From contig JBKJNY010000062.1 of assembly GCA_046593355.1 (NCBI GenBank), positions 29,267 to 93,266 on the forward strand: a DNA stretch of 64,000 nucleotides, written 5' to 3'. Origin of the DNA: Pirellulaceae bacterium (GTDB lineage: Bacteria; Planctomycetota; Planctomycetia; Pirellulales; Pirellulaceae). The translations under genes and the position numbers were made by a program. Positions 7,794-16,647 of the stretch are shown in pieces. Position 1 is the stretch's first letter; every line of letters starts with the position of its first letter. The notes under the pieces are model-generated. The model saw only the letters and a program-made list of their open reading frames with translations, had not been told where the DNA came from and did not search any database.

Positions 7794-9217
7794 TTTTCTT
7801 CACTCCCATCGACCTGCTCAAACACCACGGGCTCCTCAGCACTCGCCGCCGGCACCAGCCCCAGCTGCACCAGCCGTCTGATGAGCCGGGCGCGATGAAT
7901 TCCCAGCAGCTCGGCGGCTTTGGTCTTGTTGCCGCGGGACTGTGCCATGGCGCGGCGGAGCAGTTCGGTTTCAATCGTCGCCAGGTAGGCATCGAGCTCG
8001 ATTCGCTCCGGCTCGGCGGCGGGCCGCGCTTCTTTGTCCGCGGCGTGGTGCAGTCGCGGCGGCAGGTCCGTTGGTTGAATGAACAGGCCGGCAGCGTGCT
8101 CGCAAGCCTGGCGGATTGTCTCGGCCAGCTCCTCCACGTTCCCTGGCCAGGAATAGGCGAGCAGCATGTCCGCAGCTGCGGGCGCGAATCCGCTGAGCTG
8201 CTTCTCGCCTCTCGTGTTGAATTCTTCCAGGAAGAACTGCGCAAGCAGCGGCAGGTCTCCTTCGCGCTCGCCAAGCGGCGGCAATTGAATCGTGAGCGGG
8301 CTGAGGCTGTACGCCAGGTCGGACCGGAACTTTCCCCGCTTGGCTAGCCGGGCCAACGACCTAGTCGCCGTCGCAATCAACGGCAGCTCTACCCCAGGCA
8401 GCCGCAGAAAGCCGGCGAGTTCTTGTTGGGCATCGACCGGAAGGTGGTCGACGTCTTTAAGCAGAATCGCCGGCGGCCGCTCGCCGCGCCATTCGCCTTG
8501 CCGCTTGAGGAATGCCGTCAGCGTGGACTGCATCAGCTCCGCATCCATCAGCGCCGCATCCACCGGCACCAATGGACCGACCGCCGCTCCGCCGCCGCGC
8601 GGACCGTAATGAATGATCCGGGCGACCAACTCGCGCCCGCTTCCTTCCGGTCCCATCACCAGCACTCGCCCGCCGATTTGCGCAGCCACTCGCACCTGCT
8701 CTCGCACCCGCCGCATCGGCGGCGATTGGCCGATCAATTGACCGATGTGAAAGCGGCGGCCTAACTCTCCTCGCAGCGTCTGCAACTCCTGATGAAGGTC
8801 AGCGGGAGCGGCTTCGGCGGAATCTTGTTGCTTTTCATGCTCAATGGACTCTCCCACCACAACGAGCACGCCAGTTGCTTCTCCAGCCGCTGCCGGCAAT
8901 CGCACAAACCACGCGGGACGCGAAACCAGCTTCCCTCCTTCCCCTGCCGCGGCAACTCGTCCTTCCGCCGCACTCTGGGAGAACGCCTCCGGCGGCGGAG
9001 CAATCGCCGCGGCCAGCTCCGTTCCTCCCGTCAATTCGCCGCTCGCCGAGTACAAGCATTTCAGTCCCGCCAGCTCCTCCGCATTGCGCCCCACCCAGGC
9101 GGAAAACGCCCCGTTCCCATAAACAAACCGCTGCTCCCCATCCAGCACATACACCGGCTGCGGCGCAGCATCCAACAGTTTGGAGAGGGCTTTCAGGTTG
9201 GAGATCTTGCGGGGCAT
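7790..9217 (-). CDS. NtrC-family (sigma-54 activator-like) regulator with PAS-like N-domain, degenerate AAA+ core and Fis-type HTH
   Basis: WPGNVEEL, FRSDLAYSLSPLTIQLPPLGEREGDL and the C-terminal GNKTKAAELLGIHRARLIRRL are typical of this family. Walker A reads GPEGSGRE, Walker B reads LLKDVD, and no GAFTGA loop is present. Confidence 0.8.
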   Translation of the reverse strand: MPRKISNLKALSKLLDAAPQPVYVLDGEQRFVYGNGAFSAWVGRNAEELAGLKCLYSASGELTGGTELAAAIAPPPEAFSQSAAEGRVAAAGEGGKLVSRPAWFVRLPAAAGEATGVLVVVGESIEHEKQQDSAEAAPADLHQELQTLRGELGRRFHIGQLIGQSPPMRRVREQVRVAAQIGGRVLVMGPEGSGRELVARIIHYGPRGGGAAVGPLVPVDAALMDAELMQSTLTAFLKRQGEWRGERPPAILLKDVDHLPVDAQQELAGFLRLPGVELPLIATATRSLARLAKRGKFRSDLAYSLSPLTIQLPPLGEREGDLPLLAQFFLEEFNTRGEKQLSGFAPAAADMLLAYSWPGNVEELAETIRQACEHAAGLFIQPTDLPPRLHHAADKEARPAAEPERIELDAYLATIETELLRRAMAQSRGNKTKAAELLGIHRARLIRRLVQLGLVPAASAEEPVVFEQVDGSEEK

Positions 9218-9220
9218 AAG

Positions 9221-9274
9221 GTAGTCCGCTCACTCCGTGAGCGGACATGCCGGCACACGGAGTGTGCCGGCTAC
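9221..9274. repeat. Double-hairpin repeat family C, copy 1
   Basis: GTAGTCCGCTCACTCCGTGAGCGGACATGCCGGCACACGGAGTGTGCCGGCTAC. Nearly identical to 25037-25090. Lies 3 nt upstream of the minus-strand start at 9217. Confidence 0.85.
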
Positions 9275-9397
9275 TAATGTTAATCGGGACATGCCAGCCA
9301 CCCATATTATCACCCTTTGCCATTTGACCCACGCCCCAAATTCAGCGATACTTTGAACTTGGCTCCCGCCCTGGACCTCCAGCAACCACCTCCCGCC

Positions 9398-10849
9398 ATG
9401 AGCCGTCCCTTCACCCACCCGCGTCTTTCCCGCCGGACCATGATTCAGGCCGGCACCGTCGGCCTGTTGGGACTGGGGATGAACCACTTGCAGGCCCTGC
9501 GGGCGGATGCGGCCCCTGCATCGGGGACCGCGGCTCCGCTGGGAAAGGCCAAGACTTGCATTTATATCTTTCTCTCCGGCGGCCTCGCCCAGCAGGATAG
9601 CTTCGACCCGAAGCCTTCCGCGCCGGACAACGTGCGCGGTGAGTTCAAGCCCATCGCCACCAAGACGCCGGGCATTCAGATCTGCGAGCACCTGCCGCTG
9701 CTGGCGGAGCGGAGCCACTTGTGGGCTCTCTGCCGCTCGCTCACGCATCCGTCCAACGACCATACGCTCGGCCATCACATCATGCTCACGGGGCGGACCG
9801 CTACGCCGCCGGGCTTCAGTTCCGCCGCGCCTCAGCCGACGAATTGGCCCAGCATTGCCTCCGTCGCGGGAGACGCCACCCGCGTGCGGAACAACATTCC
9901 TCCCGCGGTCGCCCTGCCGGACCGCCTGGTTCACTACAGCGGCCGCGTGCTGCCGGGGCAATTCGCCGGTCTGATGGGCTCGCATCGCAATCCCTGGTTC
10001 ATCGAGGCTTCGCCGTTTCACAACACCTCCTACGGGGCCTTCCCCCAGTATCAGTTCGACCATCAGGAGCGGGGGAAAGAGGACAAGCGGGTCTTCCAGG
10101 CCCCCAATATTTCTCTGCCGCAGGGAATGGACACCGGCCGCTTCTCCGGCCGCAACGGCCTCCTCTCGAGCCTCGCCCAGCAGCGGCGGGAGCTCGACGG
10201 CTTCGCCCAGACGGAGAATTTTGACCGCTTCCGCCAGGGGGTCATTTCGCTGCTCACCGACGCCAAGGTGCAGCACGCCTTCGACGTCACTCGGGCCGAC
10301 GAAAAAACGCAGGAACGGTACGGCAAAAACTCCTTCGGCTGGTCGCTATTGATGGCCCGGCGGCTGGTCGAGACGGGGGTCAACCTGGTGCAGGTCAACC
10401 TGGGGAATAACGAATCCTGGGACACGCATGGCGAAGCCTTCCCGCACCTCAAGGACAAGCTGCTCCCGCCGACCGACCGCGCCCTCTCCGCCCTGCTCGA
10501 CGATTTGCACGAGAGCGGCCTGCTGGACAGCACGCTCATCGTGATGGCCGGCGAGTTCGGCCGCACCCCCCGCATCAGCCATCTGCCGCAGCATTACAAA
10601 CTGCCCGGCCGGGACCACTGGGGGGCGGTGCAAACCGTCTTCTTCGCCGGCGGCGGCGTGAAGGGAGGCAACGTCGTCGGCTCCTCCGACAAAATCGGCG
10701 GCTATCCCGCCAACCTGCCGCAAACCCCCGAGCACTTGGCCGCCACCATCTACTCCTCCCTCGGCATCCCCGCCACCGCCGCCTGGCTCGACCACCAGGA
10801 CCGCCCGCACCACATCTACGAAGCGGAGCCGATCGCGGGGCTGATGTAG
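9398..10849 (+). CDS. DUF1501 domain protein (sulfatase-like fold), Tat-type signal; paralog 1
   Basis: LSRRTMIQAG twin-arginine motif. Conserved GEFGRTP and GRDHW motifs shared by all five paralogs in the window. Start moved to ATG 9398. Confidence 0.9.
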   Translation: MSRPFTHPRLSRRTMIQAGTVGLLGLGMNHLQALRADAAPASGTAAPLGKAKTCIYIFLSGGLAQQDSFDPKPSAPDNVRGEFKPIATKTPGIQICEHLPLLAERSHLWALCRSLTHPSNDHTLGHHIMLTGRTATPPGFSSAAPQPTNWPSIASVAGDATRVRNNIPPAVALPDRLVHYSGRVLPGQFAGLMGSHRNPWFIEASPFHNTSYGAFPQYQFDHQERGKEDKRVFQAPNISLPQGMDTGRFSGRNGLLSSLAQQRRELDGFAQTENFDRFRQGVISLLTDAKVQHAFDVTRADEKTQERYGKNSFGWSLLMARRLVETGVNLVQVNLGNNESWDTHGEAFPHLKDKLLPPTDRALSALLDDLHESGLLDSTLIVMAGEFGRTPRISHLPQHYKLPGRDHWGAVQTVFFAGGGVKGGNVVGSSDKIGGYPANLPQTPEHLAATIYSSLGIPATAAWLDHQDRPHHIYEAEPIAGLM

Positions 10850-10991
10850 GGAAAGACGTGCAGAATTCCCAAGGCATTTGAGCTTTGCGGGACTACTTCG
10901 CGAGCAGAGGTGGTGCTTAACTACGCGCGGCTTCTAAGAGTAAAATGTCCCAGGCCTGACCCAAGAATGTGTTCAAGGACTACAGGGCATC

Positions 10992-12116
10992 ATGAGTCGA
11001 ACGTCTAGAAAGAAGATTCCATCAGCGATTGAGGCTCAAGTTCTAACGGAATCTCGGAGGCGATGCTGCCTTTGCTTCCATCTAAAAAACACGACCGACG
11101 CAAACCTCCAAGGCCAAATCGCCCACATCGACCGAAATCGAACGAACCACCAAGAATCAAACCTTGCTTACCTCTGTCTTCCGCACCACGACGTCTACGA
11201 TTCTAAGACCAGTCAGTCCAAACGATTGAGCCCAGCGGAACTGCTTCACGCTAAAAAGGCGCTCCATGAATTCCTAAACCGATCGTCGGACTTACGTGAA
11301 TCTGATCGATTGACTCTCACCATTGCGGGCAATCCTTTGATGTTTACGGACGAACGTCGACAACGGCGACTGGACTCTATCACTTTGGATGCTACTTTGA
11401 GAGGAGGAATCAAAGTTGTCGTTGGCATTCTTAAGGAGAGCATTCGGCTCACGGTGGAGTTGGCGACGGACGACGCTGCGCGCCTGTGCCGCGCCTTTAA
11501 CGAACGTCGCTTAGCTGAAGTCTTGGATGTTGAATTGACCCCGACTCCGGACCGCAGTCTGGAGATCAGTCCAATCTTTGACGAGCAAAAATCGAGAGTT
11601 TCCAAGAGCGAAGCGATGGAAGTTGTTCGATTGCGAGACGCTGCCGTGTTCCTTGATGGTGACAGAGAAGTTTCATACGAGGCCGCAAGGTGCGGCATAT
11701 ACACGAAATGCTTTGGGAAGAAGGCCGAGCGGCACACGATAATTGTGGTCACGTCGATTGACGATCATAATAATCACCTCTACGCGGCCCTCAGAGCAGA
11801 TCATCGTCTCGTTCGCGTACCTGATCCACCCAATCCGGTGCAGGCGCTGAAAGCATTTTTGGGCGTGTTCGGAGTGGACATGTCTCTGCCAGGACTGGGA
11901 ACCTCTCGCCTGTTCTTAGGCGGCAGGATGAGAGTCCCCCCTTCCGTTGTCACCGACGCCGACTCCTGCTCATTCTTGACTCAAGTGGTCAAAGATCAAT
12001 GGCGCGAGCCGTTCTCTATGATAAGCAACACGAGAATGAGCGAAGTCGGACCTTTTATGAATGTCTACCTGCTCGCGTTCTACGCGCAAAAGCGATACTG
12101 GAAGGCGATACGATAA
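10992..12116 (+). CDS. HNH (His-Me finger) nuclease-domain protein with two further unassigned modules
   Basis: N-terminus reads CCLC...GQIAHIDRN...ESNLAYLCLPHHDVYD, an HNH signature. The gene and its surroundings are visibly AT-richer than the flanks. Confidence 0.65.
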   Translation: MSRTSRKKIPSAIEAQVLTESRRRCCLCFHLKNTTDANLQGQIAHIDRNRTNHQESNLAYLCLPHHDVYDSKTSQSKRLSPAELLHAKKALHEFLNRSSDLRESDRLTLTIAGNPLMFTDERRQRRLDSITLDATLRGGIKVVVGILKESIRLTVELATDDAARLCRAFNERRLAEVLDVELTPTPDRSLEISPIFDEQKSRVSKSEAMEVVRLRDAAVFLDGDREVSYEAARCGIYTKCFGKKAERHTIIVVTSIDDHNNHLYAALRADHRLVRVPDPPNPVQALKAFLGVFGVDMSLPGLGTSRLFLGGRMRVPPSVVTDADSCSFLTQVVKDQWREPFSMISNTRMSEVGPFMNVYLLAFYAQKRYWKAIR

Positions 12117-12755
12117 AGATAGGATTGGTCGGCGGGCGCCTGACGCGGCCAGGAGCTCATCGTCGCGCGTTCCTGGAGCGTCTCCGAGTGACGGCCTACT
12201 TTAGCCGTTTGCAGCTCGGCTCGCCTGCAATGTCGTGAAAATCACATCACGAACACTTGACTGTGACATCAGCAAGTGTATACAGTTTGTGAAGCCTGGG
12301 AAGGGCCGCGGGGCGGTACTTCCCGGAAAAATGCGTTCGTTTCTTCACGAGGTGTCCCATGTACACGAGCCGGCGTCACAAAATACCAACTGTCCAGTCT
12401 GGAGGGTGTCATAATCGTCCGCGAAATATGCAGACGTGTTGGGCGGTGCTGATGAAGCATGCCCGCCCCGCGGTTAATCACCGAGTGGACCGTCTTCTAT
12501 CAGCCGCACGGTTCGCGCGTGCAGTTCGTGAGACTCAGACTCCAAGTTGGCAGACTCTCAGGTCGCGTAAGGGCGAATCAAAAAAGGCAGCGTGAATCAA
12601 GGTTGCGGCGATTGAACTAATCGCAAACTACTGCAATTAAATATCTTAGGAAAACAAGAATTGTCGTAAGTGTCTGAAAAAGTTGGCAATGAATCATGAA
12701 TCAAAACCATCACATCAGGGGGGTGACGGGGCGTCCGCGGGACTCCAGGGACACC

Positions 12756-14174
12756 CTACAGCTTGGTCCCCGCCAGCTCCGCGATGGCTTCCCCTGCACT
12801 GACAATCGGGACGGGGCGGCCGGCGAAGTTGGGGAGGGCGACGCGGCGGTAGTCGATGCCGAGGTGGCGGTAGATGGTGGCCAGGAAGTCGCCGGGGCCG
12901 ACCCGCCGCTCGATGGGGTCTTCGCCGCGGGCGTCGGTCGCGCCAATGACCTGGCCGGTGCGAATGCCGCCGCCGGCGAAGAGCATGCTGTTGGCCCGTG
13001 GCCAGTGGTCCCGCCCCGGCTGAACGACGCCGGCATCGGCGCTGGCCACTCCGCCGCCGCTGCTGGCGACGTAGGAGATGCGCGGCGTGCGGCCGAACTC
13101 GCCTGTGACGATGACGAGCACCCGCTTGTCGAGGCCGCGCTGGTAGACATCCTCAATCAGGGCGGAGACGGCCTGGTCGAAAGAGGGCGAGCGGAATTTG
13201 TAGGCGTCGAAGACGTGCTGGTTGACGGCGTGGTCGTCCCAGTTCTGCACGCGGCCGCAGAGCGGGCCGTCGAACTCCGTCGTCACCACGTCCACTCCCG
13301 CCTCGACCAATCGGCGGGCGAGCAGGCACTGCTGACCCCATTGATGGCGGCCGTACTTGTCCCGCAACTGGTCGGACTCCTTGGAAAGGTCGAAAGCCGC
13401 GCGAGCCGCGGGGCTGGTGAGCAGGTTGAGGGCCTGCGCTTCAAACGAATCCGCCGCCTTCATCACGCCGGACGCATCGATTTGCCGCCGCAACTGGTCG
13501 AGCGATCCCTTCAGTCCCACCCGTCGGGACAGGCTGTTTTGCAACTCGCCGCTCGCGCCGATGTTCGGAATCTCGAAGCTGGGGCTGCTGGGATCCCCCG
13601 TCACCTTGAAGGGCTCATAGGCGGGGCCGACATACGACGGCCCCGCAATTGTGAAGTTGTCGTAATGGTCCACCGGGTTGACGGCGACATAATTCGGCAG
13701 CGCGCGGTTGGGATCCCGTCGCAAATAGCTGACGACCGACATCCAGTCCGGGTAGACCGGCTTGATCTTGTCCTGCGGATCGGGATCTCCCGCCAGAATT
13801 TGGAGCGAACCCGAGGGATGCCCGCCGCCAGTATGAGCCACCGAGCGAAGCAGCGCGTACTTGTCGGCCAACTTGGAGAGCCTGGGCAGCAGCTCGCCAA
13901 TGCGAATCCCCGCCACGTTCGTATCAATCGGACCATACGGCCCGCGGTAGTCCGCCGGTGCATCGGGCTTGGGATCAAACGTCTCCAAATGACTGCCGCC
14001 GCCCCGCAGCCAGACCAGAATCACCGCCGTCTTTTCCGCGGGTTTGTCGGCCGGCTTTTGCGCTTCGGCCATTGCTCGAATGCGAAACAGTTCCGCGAGA
14101 CTCAGGGTGGAAAATCCAACCAGGCCGGTCCGGAGCAGCTCGCGGCGGGAGAGAGAGGTCGTACGACTGGACAT
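12756..14174 (-). CDS. DUF1501 domain protein, Tat-type signal; paralog 2
   Basis: LSRRELLRTG, GEFGRTPRISY and GRDHWP motifs. Start moved to the Met preceding the RR motif. Confidence 0.9.
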   Translation of the reverse strand: MSSRTTSLSRRELLRTGLVGFSTLSLAELFRIRAMAEAQKPADKPAEKTAVILVWLRGGGSHLETFDPKPDAPADYRGPYGPIDTNVAGIRIGELLPRLSKLADKYALLRSVAHTGGGHPSGSLQILAGDPDPQDKIKPVYPDWMSVVSYLRRDPNRALPNYVAVNPVDHYDNFTIAGPSYVGPAYEPFKVTGDPSSPSFEIPNIGASGELQNSLSRRVGLKGSLDQLRRQIDASGVMKAADSFEAQALNLLTSPAARAAFDLSKESDQLRDKYGRHQWGQQCLLARRLVEAGVDVVTTEFDGPLCGRVQNWDDHAVNQHVFDAYKFRSPSFDQAVSALIEDVYQRGLDKRVLVIVTGEFGRTPRISYVASSGGGVASADAGVVQPGRDHWPRANSMLFAGGGIRTGQVIGATDARGEDPIERRVGPGDFLATIYRHLGIDYRRVALPNFAGRPVPIVSAGEAIAELAGTKL

Positions 14175-14294
14175 GCGATGATGGTGGGGGTGAGTTCGTT
14201 GATGGGCGGGAGCCAGGCAAGCTGGCGCTATCGGTGGGATACGCTTCATTCTACCCGTGGACGGCGAAAGCCGAAAGCGACAAACCCCCGCCCT

Positions 14295-15575
14295 TTACTC
14301 TCCCGCTCTTCCCTTGGGCATGGGCGGCGGCTGTTGCCAGTTCCACGGGGTTTCGTACTTGATGCTGAGATACGGCGTGGCGACGACGCGGCCTTGCTCT
14401 TTGCGAGAGATGTGGATGGCATCGAGAGCCCCGCTGGTGAGCAGCGTCCGCTCCGCGGGCCAGGCGGGCTTGCCGGTGTGGATCATTTGCTCGGCTCCCT
14501 TGAGCAAGTGGGTGAAGTGCGAGAAAGGGCGATCTTCCTGAAGCAGGAAAAGGGTGGAGTCCGCCGTGCCATCGGCATACCGCCAGGCCGCGGCGAAGTC
14601 GCTGTAGCCGCCGTCCATGGTCAGGATGCTGGCCCGCAAGCCATCGCCATATTCCAGCAGCATCAGGCTCGGCTTCTTCACTTCTTCGCGCAAGGTCTTG
14701 CCCGCGGGGAGTGGGCGGTTCCTGAAGCGAGTGCCCGCGGCGTCGAGGAGCTTCATGTCAAACTCCCCCCGCTCGCCGGCTTGCCAGACGGCGTCTCCTT
14801 CCAGGTAGCGGACTTGCTTGATGCCGGTCTCGCCGGCCTTCCGCCGCTCCGCCAGGCATTGCAGGGATTCCAGCGCGTGAAAGCCGTAGGCATCGAGCGT
14901 GTGGTAGGAAGTGATGAGGATCTCCTTGAGCGGCCCGCCGCGCTTCACGTCGGCGGCTGGTTCCCGCCAGGTGGCGGGGAGGGACGAACCGGCCATGAAC
15001 GGGATTTTCAGACGCTGGGTCTGGGCGTAAATCCATTCGCAGTCTTTCCAGTTGTCGGCCACGTGCTTGTCGCTGAAGACGGGGACCACTCGGCCGCTCG
15101 TCTCAAAGACCTTGATCGTCTCCTCCCAGAATCGCCGTTTGGGAAACTGTGTCTGTCCTGTCGGGCTCTCAGGGTATTTGCCGTGCTCCGCGACGATGAT
15201 GACGCCGTCGACCGCCAGCTTGTCGCTGCCGAGCGTCAGGGCTCCCGCAATCGAATCGAATATCTTGAACCCGTGCTTCTCCGCCAGCTTGCGGCTCTTG
15301 TCGTTAGCCGGAACCTGGTCGGTGTAAACGGAAACGAGTTTGAGCTTGGGGAACTCCCCTTGGCCGTCGAGCGTGAACCCCTCCACCAACCGCCCGGCGA
15401 TGACGTCGGCATGAGAATTCAGCCGCCACTCGGTGGTGATGACGGCCACGGTGGGGATTTTTTCGGGCTCGGCGGCTTGGGCAAATGCCGGAAGAAGCAA
15501 GAAGAGGAGCCACGGATGAAACACGAAAGAACACGGATGGGATAAGCGGAAGCTTCGCGGCCGTTTGATTTTCAT
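14295..15575 (-). CDS. Secreted hypothetical protein, distant Gfo/Idh/MocA-like layout
   Basis: Signal-like WLLFLLLPAFAQA. The segment AEKHGFKIFDSIAGAL...VDGVIIVAEHGKY resembles the oxidoreductase-family layout but has no GxGxxG. Start is uncertain (15575, 15593 or GTG 15614). Confidence 0.6.
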   Translation of the reverse strand: MKIKRPRSFRLSHPCSFVFHPWLLFLLLPAFAQAAEPEKIPTVAVITTEWRLNSHADVIAGRLVEGFTLDGQGEFPKLKLVSVYTDQVPANDKSRKLAEKHGFKIFDSIAGALTLGSDKLAVDGVIIVAEHGKYPESPTGQTQFPKRRFWEETIKVFETSGRVVPVFSDKHVADNWKDCEWIYAQTQRLKIPFMAGSSLPATWREPAADVKRGGPLKEILITSYHTLDAYGFHALESLQCLAERRKAGETGIKQVRYLEGDAVWQAGERGEFDMKLLDAAGTRFRNRPLPAGKTLREEVKKPSLMLLEYGDGLRASILTMDGGYSDFAAAWRYADGTADSTLFLLQEDRPFSHFTHLLKGAEQMIHTGKPAWPAERTLLTSGALDAIHISRKEQGRVVATPYLSIKYETPWNWQQPPPMPKGRAGE

Positions 15576-15687
15576 TATTCTGCTCTTTATCATTCTGCTA
15601 AAACCTGACGCCACTTTGGAATTGGATCGCTTTGATTGTACGATGAACTTGCGGGTTTCGCCCGCACGTCACTTCTCTGGTGTCACC

Positions 15688-16641
15688 ATGTCTCTCATCA
15701 GCCGCATCAAGATTTCTCGCAGCCTCCGCTGGATTCTGGCCAGCGGCGGCATTGCCCTTGTCGCGGCGCTGCTGTTCATCAACTACCGCTTCCATCTTCC
15801 AGTGGGAACCGGCCCCGCTGGCCCGCCGGTCGCCGCCAAGCCGTTTGAGAAACCGTGGTCGGAGCGAAAGGTGGTGCTGGTGGGAATCGGCGACAGCGTG
15901 ACGGCCGGCTTTGGGGCGTCTAAGGGAAAGGGCTATGTAGAACTGCTGGCGGATAATCCTTCGGATGAGTTCGACGACATGCAAGGCCGCTCGCTCCGGC
16001 GCGTGCTGCCGAATTTGCAAGTGAAGAACATCGCCGTCTCAGGAAGCAACTCGCTGCAGCACGTCGGGTATGTCGAGAGCGAACTTGAACAGCAGCCGGA
16101 GGATGTCTTTGGCATCGTCGTGATGACTTGCGGCGGCAACGATCTCATCCACTGGTATGGCCGCAAGCCGCCACGCGAAGGGGCGATGTATGGCGCGACG
16201 CTCGCGCAAGCTCAGCCTTGGATTGCCAACTACAAAACGCGTCTGGATGTCCTGCTGACGGATATCGAGAAAAAGTTCCCCGGCGGGTGCCTGATTTTCC
16301 TGGCGGACATCTATGACCCGTCCGATGGCGTCGGAGATCCGGAAACAACCTGGGCACTTCCCGCGTGGCCGGACGCGCTCCCAATCCTCGCGGCTTACAA
16401 CCAGACCATCCGCGGCGTGGCGGCAACTCATCCCAATGTCCGCGTCGTCCCCATGCACGACGCTTTCCTCGGCCACGGCATCCACTGCCGCCAGTGGTGG
16501 CGGCAGCACTACCGCAGCAGCGACCCGACCTATTGGTACGGCAAAAATCTGGAAGACCCCAACGAACGAGGCTACGACGCGTTGCGGCGGGTTTTCCTGA
16601 ACGAAATTGTCAAGGAAGAAGAACGGCTGCGAAGGCCGTAA
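15688..16641 (+). CDS. SGNH/GDSL hydrolase with N-terminal membrane anchor
   Basis: Block I GIGDSVTAG, block III TCGGNDL, and a C-terminal D..LGHG region. TM helix WILASGGIALVAALLFI. Start could also be ATG 15643. Confidence 0.8.
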   Translation: MSLISRIKISRSLRWILASGGIALVAALLFINYRFHLPVGTGPAGPPVAAKPFEKPWSERKVVLVGIGDSVTAGFGASKGKGYVELLADNPSDEFDDMQGRSLRRVLPNLQVKNIAVSGSNSLQHVGYVESELEQQPEDVFGIVVMTCGGNDLIHWYGRKPPREGAMYGATLAQAQPWIANYKTRLDVLLTDIEKKFPGGCLIFLADIYDPSDGVGDPETTWALPAWPDALPILAAYNQTIRGVAATHPNVRVVPMHDAFLGHGIHCRQWWRQHYRSSDPTYWYGKNLEDPNERGYDALRRVFLNEIVKEEERLRRP

Positions 16642-16647
16642 GGAATT

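Noticed and set aside
10860-12755. Mobile-element hallmarks (integrase, transposase, flanking direct repeats, tRNA target) around the low-GC islets at 3788-4330, 10860-12755 and 25691-27240
   Set aside because: I found no recombinase-like ORFs, tRNA genes or clear flanking direct repeats. The islets cannot be called mobile elements from this window alone.
12696-15545. 949-aa + strand ORF, the longest in this part of the track
   Set aside because: It lies antisense to two well-supported minus-strand genes (DUF1501 paralog 2 and the secreted protein at 14295-15575). Its composition is Gly/Ala/Arg/Val-rich with no motifs, as expected for a high-GC shadow ORF.
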